Source of the DNA: a bacterium
Lineage (GTDB): Bacteria > Desulfobacterota > Deferrisomatia > Deferrisomatales > BM512
Direction: 5' to 3'
DNA length: 46,522 nucleotides
Assembly (NCBI GenBank): GCA_009724975.1
Contig: SRXB01000001.1
Coordinates: forward strand, 1-46,522
Shown one piece after another: positions 39,240 through 46,522 of this stretch. The first letter of the stretch is position 1. Each line of letters begins with the position of its first letter. A model generated the notes under the pieces. The model did no database searches and was not told where the DNA came from. It was given only the letters and a program-made list of their open reading frames with translations. Made by a program: the position numbers and the translations under genes.

Positions 39240-39656
39240 ATGGCCGCGCCCAAAAAGATAAACCACATCGGCATAGCGGTTCACGACATTGAAGCCGCCG
39301 CCAAGTTCTACACCGAAAACCTTGGCCTCGCCCTGGGCGGAATCGAGGAGGTTGCCGACCAGAAGGTCAAGGTAGCCTTCCTCCCCGTAGGAGAGGTCCG
39401 GCTTGAGCTGGTCCAGCCCACCAGCCCCGATTCTCCCATAGCCAAATTCCTTGAAAAGAACGGCTCGGGCATTCACCACATCGCCTACGAGGTGGCCGAC
39501 GTAGCCGCCGAGGTCAACCGGCTGATGGCCGAAGGGGTAAAGATGGTTGACGAAAAGCCCCGCGTCGGTGCCCATAATTCGCTGATAGCTTTCATACATC
39601 CAAAAGCCTCCGGCGGCCTCCTGACCGAGATTGTCCAGCCGCAGGACCACCATTAA
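39240..39656 (+). CDS. mce: Methylmalonyl-CoA epimerase (VOC family)
   Basis: INHIGIAVHDIEAA, GIHHIAYEV, IAFIHPK..GGLLTEIVQ; 138 aa in mutase context. Confidence 0.9.
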   Translation: MAAPKKINHIGIAVHDIEAAAKFYTENLGLALGGIEEVADQKVKVAFLPVGEVRLELVQPTSPDSPIAKFLEKNGSGIHHIAYEVADVAAEVNRLMAEGVKMVDEKPRVGAHNSLIAFIHPKASGGLLTEIVQPQDHH

Positions 39657-39664
39657 GGCACTAA

Positions 39665-40489
39665 ATGACCATTAAAAAGGGCGAACAGGCGGCCTCGAAG
39701 AAGGCCAACCGCGCCTGTAAGGCAAAATCCCTGGGAGCGGCGGGCAAAAAGCCCGCCGTAGTCCTTTTGAGCGGCGGACTCGATTCCACAACCGTCCTTG
39801 CCATAGCCAAAGAACGCGGATTTGACTGCCACGCCCTTAGCTTTCGCTACGGACAGCGCCACGAGGTAGAACTGGCGGCGGCCCATAAGATAGCTACGGA
39901 CGGGGGCTGCGCCTCTCACGCCGTGGTCGACCTCGACCTCGGAGCCCTCGCCCCGTCGGCGCTCACCGGCCAGTCCGAGGTGCCAAAGCGCGCCTCAGAA
40001 AAGGAGATTGGCGCAGCCATCCCCTCGACCTACGTTCCCGCCCGCAACATAATCTTCCTCTCCTTCGCGGCGGCCCGCGCCGAGGGGGTCGGAGCCCGCG
40101 ACATCTTCATCGGGGTTAATGCCGTCGACTACTCGGGCTATCCCGACTGCAGGCCGGAGTTCTTGTTCGCCTTTGAAAAGGCGCTGAACACCGGAACCAA
40201 GACCGGAGTCGAAGAGGGGGGACCCTTTAAAATACACTCGCCCCTTATAACCCTTTCAAAGGCCGATATAATAAAAGAAGGGTCCCGGCTTGGCGTGGAC
40301 TACTCGCTCACCATCTCCTGCTACGACCCGGATGATGACGGAAGGGCCTGCGGCTTTTGCGAAAGCTGCGTACTGCGCAAAAAGGGTTTTTCCGACGCGG
40401 GAGTGGCGGACCCCACCATCTACCAGCCTAAAAGCGCGCCTAAGGCCGCTTTGGGAAAGGGCAAGGCAAAATGCTCCCCAAAGGCATAA
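39665..40489 (+). CDS. queC: 7-cyano-7-deazaguanine synthase with Lys-rich terminal extensions
   Basis: [10 protein letters not shown]-loop, YGQRH, and Zn-Cys motif [20 protein letters not shown]. About 28 extra N-terminal and about 30 extra C-terminal Lys/Ala-rich residues; the true start could be later. Confidence 0.88.
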   Translation: MTIKKGEQAASKKANRACKAKSLGAAGKKPAVVLLSGGLDSTTVLAIAKERGFDCHALSFRYGQRHEVELAAAHKIATDGGCASHAVVDLDLGALAPSALTGQSEVPKRASEKEIGAAIPSTYVPARNIIFLSFAAARAEGVGARDIFIGVNAVDYSGYPDCRPEFLFAFEKALNTGTKTGVEEGGPFKIHSPLITLSKADIIKEGSRLGVDYSLTISCYDPDDDGRACGFCESCVLRKKGFSDAGVADPTIYQPKSAPKAALGKGKAKCSPKA

Positions 40490-40746
40490 TACTGCACATT
40501 GCCGAAAAGGCCGCCGACGGCCTAATAAAGTTCGGCGCGGTCCGGGGCGACCGGCAAATTGTTCTGCATGTCGTCGAGCGGGCTCTCAACGAGGAGCTTG
40601 AAGTAGAAAAGCGCCTGCGCGAAGAGGCCGACAAGGTTTTAGAGCTTCACATGAAAGAGGCTCGGGCCGCCAAGGCCGACCTTGGCGCACTGCGCGAGAA
40701 AATTCTCCAGAAACTCGCCCGCGACAAGGGGGTGGTGCTGAAATGA
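40471..40746 (+). CDS. DUF507-like small helical protein (paralog A)
   Basis: 91-aa charged helical protein, clearly paralogous to the next ORF. Overlaps the queC end by 19 nt. Family assignment is from memory, not searched. Confidence 0.55.
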   Translation: MLPKGIILHIAEKAADGLIKFGAVRGDRQIVLHVVERALNEELEVEKRLREEADKVLELHMKEARAAKADLGALREKILQKLARDKGVVLK

Positions 40747-41015
40747 CCCCCAGCGACGAAAAAATCCTCGCGATGGTAAACCGCGCTCTCAAAGCGCTCG
40801 GCAAAGAGAAGGGCGTTACCCTTTTCGACCAGGACACCGCCCGCAAAATCCTTAGGCAGGCCATAGCCGCCGGACTGGCCGAGCTTGAGGAGGTCCACAA
40901 GAAGGCGGAGGAGAAAATCCTGTCGCTCTCGCGCAAAGTCGCCCCCGGCACCCGCGAATGGGACGAGCTCTTCGCCAGATACGTGGACGAGGAGCGCCGC
41001 AGGCGGGGTCTTTAG
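40743..41015 (+). CDS. DUF507-like small helical protein (paralog B)
   Basis: 90 aa. The C-terminal APGTREWDELFARYVDEERRRRGL matches the PG..EW..L..+Y..EE tail I recall for DUF507. ATGA overlap with paralog A. Confidence 0.6.
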   Translation: MTPSDEKILAMVNRALKALGKEKGVTLFDQDTARKILRQAIAAGLAELEEVHKKAEEKILSLSRKVAPGTREWDELFARYVDEERRRRGL

Positions 41016-41058
41016 ACAAAAAAAATCATTTCTTAGCAAAAAAAATTGCCAAAATAGC

Positions 41059-41087
41059 TTGACGACCCCCTAAAGCGTGATTATCTT
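41059..41087 (+). promoter_or_regulatory. Candidate groESL promoter
   Basis: TTGACG (41059-41064), 17-nt spacer, TATCTT (41082-41087), about 75 nt upstream of groES. Confidence 0.45.
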
Positions 41088-41162
41088 GCCGCGCACTAGG
41101 GGGTTTTTAACCTTCAGAACATGAAAAACATTCCATCGGAATGCAAAAGGAGGAATTAGAAG

Positions 41163-41450
41163 ATGAAAATACGTCCCCTGCAGGACCGCGTAATCGTCAA
41201 GCGCCTCGAAGAGGAAACCAAAACCGCCAGCGGCCTCATCATCCCCGACACCGCCAAGGAAAAGCCCCAGAGGGGCGTCATTGTAGCCGCGGGCCCTGGC
41301 AAGAAGGATGACAACGGCAAGCTCATCCCCCTCGACGTCAAGGCCAAGGATAAGGTTCTCTTCTCCAAGTACGCCGGTACCGAGATCAAAATCGACGGCG
41401 AAGAGCTCCTTATCATGCGCGAAGAAGACATAATGGGTATTATCGACTAA
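41163..41450 (+). CDS. groES: Co-chaperonin GroES
   Basis: [35 protein letters not shown]; 95 aa. Confidence 0.97.
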   Translation: MKIRPLQDRVIVKRLEEETKTASGLIIPDTAKEKPQRGVIVAAGPGKKDDNGKLIPLDVKAKDKVLFSKYAGTEIKIDGEELLIMREEDIMGIID

Positions 41451-41471
41451 CTTTCAAGACCCAAGACTTGA

Positions 41472-43127
<1,656 letters not shown>

Positions 43128-43150
43128 TAATCCCCCAAAGGGAAAACAAA

Positions 43151-43189
43151 AAGCCCGCAAGGCCGTCAAAAGCCCTGCGGGCTTTTTTC
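43151..43189 (+). terminator. Intrinsic terminator after groEL
   Basis: Stem GCCCGCA (43153-43159) / TGCGGGC (43176-43182) followed by TTTTTT. Confidence 0.65.
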
Positions 43190-43249
43190 TTGCCCAAAAT
43201 CCTTTGCTGATTAATCATTACAAGGTTAAAAACCCTTTCGGAGCGCGAT

Positions 43250-44458
43250 GTGTCCGGCGAAATTTTAAAAAAACTTTCTTCGATAAGGCTCACGGTCAGC
43301 CTTTTGATGCTGCTTGCCGCGCTCGGCGCGCTTGGCACCTTCCAGCCGTGGCCACAGGGGCTTCCTGCGGAGGAATACGAGCGCCTTTACGGCGCGGGCG
43401 GCCAAGTCATCACCTTCCTCGGGCTGGATTCCTTTCACAAGGGCTTTTTATACCGCGCGCTCTTCACCCTCTTTTGCCTGAACCTATTTTCCTGCGCTTT
43501 CAGGCGAACCTTGGCCGGTGTGGACGATTTTTCCGCCAGGGGCGAACCCAGAGCGGTGATAAGGGTGGACGATGCGAAGGTCGCGGCGGCGGCCCTTGAG
43601 TCGGCGGGTTTTTCGGTGAGTAAAGATGGAGGTTCGCTACTGGCTTTTCGACGCCGCTACGGCTTTTTGGGGTTCGGCCTTGTCCACATGGCTCCGCTTG
43701 CCATTGCGCTTGGGGCGTTTTGGGGTAGCGTGGGGGGATTTGTCGCCACCGAAAACGTTTACGCTGGCTCCTCCTTCAACACGGTTTACGAGTGGGTTCA
43801 AAAGAGGGATTACTCCCTTCCTTTCACGATAACAGTTCACGAAAGGCGCATAAGTTATTTCCCCGGAGAGCTTAAGCTCAAGGCTCTCGCCGGATCTGGC
43901 GAGCCTGTGGAATTTTTGGTCAAGGTCGGAGAAGAGGCTGCAATAGAAGGAACCGGCTCTTCGGCGCTTATAGAAGATTTCAACCCCGATAACGGGAATC
44001 TTTCTTATTACATCCTTGAAAACGGCATCAAGAAAGGCCCTTTTTCAAAGGGCAGGGAAGAGGGTGCGCCTATAAGGGTGCGCCCGGTTGCTTTCAAGGG
44101 CTTTGACGTCAAAAGAGTGGAGGCTCCGGTGGAGGTGTCGGATGCCGCAGGAAATGTGGTCAAAAGCTGGACTCTGGCGGTAAACGAGCCTCTTTTCCAC
44201 GACGGATACAAGATATTCCTCACCGCCTGGGGGCAGGATGACGCAGGAAACCCCACCGTGGGGCTGCAAATAACCCGCGACCCTGGTGAAGCGCTCGTCT
44301 GGGTCGGCTCAACCGTTCTCGCCATAGGGATATTCATCCTCCTCTTCGCCCAGGGAGGCTGGGCCACCCACGAAAATGGAATTTTGCGCGTAAAATGTCC
44401 ACCCGCAGTCCTGAAAAAGCTTCGGGAAGAAATCGGGGAGGGCGCAATTGACCATTAA
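43250..44458 (+). CDS. ResB/Ccs1-like cytochrome c biogenesis family membrane protein (short form)
   Basis: N-terminal LSSIRLTVSLLMLLAALGALGT and YRALFTLFCLNLFSCAFRR helices, a TM3 with conserved His (GLVHMAPLAIALG), a soluble loop and a C-terminal TM. GTG start with GGAG upstream. Confidence 0.7.
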   Translation: MSGEILKKLSSIRLTVSLLMLLAALGALGTFQPWPQGLPAEEYERLYGAGGQVITFLGLDSFHKGFLYRALFTLFCLNLFSCAFRRTLAGVDDFSARGEPRAVIRVDDAKVAAAALESAGFSVSKDGGSLLAFRRRYGFLGFGLVHMAPLAIALGAFWGSVGGFVATENVYAGSSFNTVYEWVQKRDYSLPFTITVHERRISYFPGELKLKALAGSGEPVEFLVKVGEEAAIEGTGSSALIEDFNPDNGNLSYYILENGIKKGPFSKGREEGAPIRVRPVAFKGFDVKRVEAPVEVSDAAGNVVKSWTLAVNEPLFHDGYKIFLTAWGQDDAGNPTVGLQITRDPGEALVWVGSTVLAIGIFILLFAQGGWATHENGILRVKCPPAVLKKLREEIGEGAIDH

Positions 44459-45908
44459 AAAGAGGCTCTGGCTCTCCGTAACGGCGCTATTGGGGCTCGC
44501 GCTTTTGGGCAACGGTCTTTTGGTCATCGGCATCGAAAGAAGGGAGCTGCGCAGCAGTTTCCTGCGGGAGTGCAAGACCTTTGCACGCCTCGCCGGTCCA
44601 CAATCCCTTCGCGTTTACGGCGAAAGCGGCATGCGCGAGGATCTCCCCCGCGTGAGGGAGAGGGTTTTTGCCATCGCAGAAGGGCTTCCCTACCTCCATT
44701 CCTTCGCGATAGTCAGCGACAGGGGAAAAACCCTTCTCACCTATCCGCCGGATGCGAAAATGCCCCAACTCGAAGCGGCCAAACTGCCGGAAGATGGAGT
44801 AGAGCGCGCGGTGTCAATCGACGGGGAGGAGTACCTTGAGCTATTTTTGCCTCTCAAGGTGCGCGAGGGGGGGCCCGAAGTGGTTTTCCAGCTTATTGTC
44901 TCCGACGAAACCCTCCGCGCCAGGCTCTGGTGGCTTGGGGTTGTATACGGAGCAAGCTTTTTCCTGCTTTTGGCCCTTGTCGCGGTTGTCGCCTCTCTCC
45001 TTGCCGGTGCGATACTAAGGCCCGTCGAGGAGCTTAGGGACGCTGCCGTCAGGATAAAGGGGGGAGATCTCTCGGCGCGGACTCCGTGGGAGGGAACGGG
45101 CGAAATGGCCGACCTTTCGCGCGCATTCAACGACATGGCGGGCGAGGTCGAGGCCGTGAGAAAGAGCCTTGAAGAGAAAAACAGCGCGCTGGGCAAGGCC
45201 TATGCGGAACTTCAGGCGATGCAGGACGAACTGGTCGCGCTTGAGCGCATGGCGGCGGTGGGCCGCACCGCAGCGGCGGTTTCTCACGAGATAGACAACC
45301 CCATCGGGGTGATAATGGGGACGGCCCAGATGCTTTGCGAGGAGCTCAAGGCAAACGAAACCCTGGCCGAGGACGCAAAACTTATAGAAGATGAGTGCAA
45401 GCGCGTGCGGCGAATAGTAAGAGACCTCCTCGACTTCGCCCGCCCCGCCTCCAGGGCGAGTGAGCCGCTTGATCTGGTGTCGGTTGTCGGAAGCGTCCTG
45501 AAGGGGCTCTCCCACCACCCGCAGTTCAAGAAAATAGTCTTCAATCTCGAACTGCCGAAGGCTCTTCCCGAGATATGCGCAGACGCGGACGGGCTTCGTC
45601 AGGTTTTCCTCAATCTTTTCATAAACTCGGCAAAAGCCATGGATTACGCGGGGACAATTACCGTAAGGGGCGAAGCCTCAGGCGATAATCTCAAGATTTC
45701 CATAACCGACGAGGGATCGGGCATCGCGCCAGAAAATATGGAGAAGGTTTTCGAGCCTTTTTTTACTACAAAAACCTCGGGAGTTGGGAGCGGCCTCGGC
45801 CTTTGGGTTTCCAGGCGAATAATAGAGGAGCACGGGGGCAGGCTTTACGCGAAAAACAACGATGGTAGGGGGGCGGAGATTTGCTTTGAGCTTCCCCTTG
45901 GTCTTTAA
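44448..45908 (+). CDS. Sensor histidine kinase (two TM helices, periplasmic domain, HAMP, HisKA, HATPase)
   Basis: HAMP (LRPVEELRDAAVRIKGGDLSAR ... AFNDMAGEVE), H-box AAVSHEIDNPIG, N-box LNLFINSAKA, G1 DEGSGI, F-box FEPFFTTK, G2 GSGLGLWVS. TTG start overlaps the ResB-like end by 11 nt, with GGGGAGG 6 nt upstream. Confidence 0.9.
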   Translation: MTIKKRLWLSVTALLGLALLGNGLLVIGIERRELRSSFLRECKTFARLAGPQSLRVYGESGMREDLPRVRERVFAIAEGLPYLHSFAIVSDRGKTLLTYPPDAKMPQLEAAKLPEDGVERAVSIDGEEYLELFLPLKVREGGPEVVFQLIVSDETLRARLWWLGVVYGASFFLLLALVAVVASLLAGAILRPVEELRDAAVRIKGGDLSARTPWEGTGEMADLSRAFNDMAGEVEAVRKSLEEKNSALGKAYAELQAMQDELVALERMAAVGRTAAAVSHEIDNPIGVIMGTAQMLCEELKANETLAEDAKLIEDECKRVRRIVRDLLDFARPASRASEPLDLVSVVGSVLKGLSHHPQFKKIVFNLELPKALPEICADADGLRQVFLNLFINSAKAMDYAGTITVRGEASGDNLKISITDEGSGIAPENMEKVFEPFFTTKTSGVGSGLGLWVSRRIIEEHGGRLYAKNNDGRGAEICFELPLGL

Positions 45909-45994
45909 TTTTTATCGCGCTAATGTTAGGTTATTCCCCTTTCGCATGATTTTAAGTGACCGCGCCGTCAGCGGGCCGGTCGGGAGAAGGAGAA

Positions 45995-46522
45995 ATGCAC
46001 CATTTCAATTACCAAAACGGCGAGCTTTGTTGCGAAGGGATTCCTCTTAGCAAGATAGCCTCTGAGGTCGGGACCCCTTTTTACTGCTATAGCAGGGCGA
46101 CTCTTTTAAAGCATTACAAGGCTTTCAGCGACGCCTTCTCGTCCATACCGCACCTTGTCTGCTATTCGGTGAAGTGCAACAGCAATATAGGAGTGCTCTC
46201 AGAGCTTTTCAAGGCGGGCGGCGGAGCCGACATCGTCTCCGGAGGCGAGCTTTTCCGAGCCCTGAAGGGCGGGGCCGATCCCAAAAAAATCGTCTATTCC
46301 GGCGTAGGCAAGCGCGAAGACGAGATAAGATTCGCTCTTGAGGCGGGCATTTTGATGTTCAACGTCGAAAGTCCCCTTGAGCTTCTCGCCATAAACCGCG
46401 TAGCCGCTACCATGGGCGTCAAGGCCCCCATATCCATAAGGGTAAATCCCGACGTTGATCCCCGCACCCACGCCTACATCTCCACCGGCCTGAAAAAGAA
46501 CAAGTTCGGCATAGCCATAGAG
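45995..46522 (+). CDS. lysA: Diaminopimelate decarboxylase, N-terminal 176 codons (runs off the right edge)
   Basis: My own translation from ATG 45995 (AAGGAG RBS): [33 protein letters not shown] ... YSVKCNSN (PLP-Lys) ... [10 protein letters not shown] ... FNVES ... RVNPDV. No stop before nt 46522. Absent from the ORF track because it is open-ended. Confidence 0.93.
   Translation, partial: MHHFNYQNGELCCEGIPLSKIASEVGTPFYCYSRATLLKHYKAFSDAFSSIPHLVCYSVKCNSNIGVLSELFKAGGGADIVSGGELFRALKGGADPKKIVYSGVGKREDEIRFALEAGILMFNVESPLELLAINRVAATMGVKAPISIRVNPDVDPRTHAYISTGLKKNKFGIAIE

Overview
GC-rich bacterial chromosomal window, tightly packed with core anaerobic metabolism; gene content suggests a strictly anaerobic, Desulfobacterota-like organism, but taxonomy cannot be verified from sequence alone. 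Left third: a TPR fragment, an FtsB-like gene and a GAF-GAF-GGDEF protein on the plus strand, then a 10-gene minus-strand string xerC-hslU-argB-argD-argF-argG-argH-lipoprotein-panE-panB. Middle: ybaK-like, DAHP synthase, and two outer-membrane beta-barrels flanking a ppiD-like chaperone. Next comes a plus-strand Wood-Ljungdahl block (fhs, RACo/acsV, cooC, acsD, acsA, acsB, acsC, acsE). It is followed by two regulators (IclR, XRE-cupin) and a complete methylmalonyl-CoA module: an OadG-like small ORF, transcarboxylase 5S-biotin fusion and 12S, a split B12 methylmalonyl-CoA mutase, and the epimerase. Right end: queC, two tandem DUF507-like genes, groES-groEL, a ResB-like protein translationally coupled to an orphan sensor kinase, and the 5' part of lysA. 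I found no rRNA, tRNA, CRISPR array, transposon or recognisable defence system. Many long antisense or off-frame ORFs in the track are shadows of GC3-rich genes. I found no clearly novel multi-gene system. The least explained items are the long structured fhs leader, the WL plus methylmalonyl-CoA co-localisation with its regulator pair, the DUF507 pair next to groESL, the ResB-like/kinase pair, a degenerate GGDEF with an intact I-site, and hslU without hslV.
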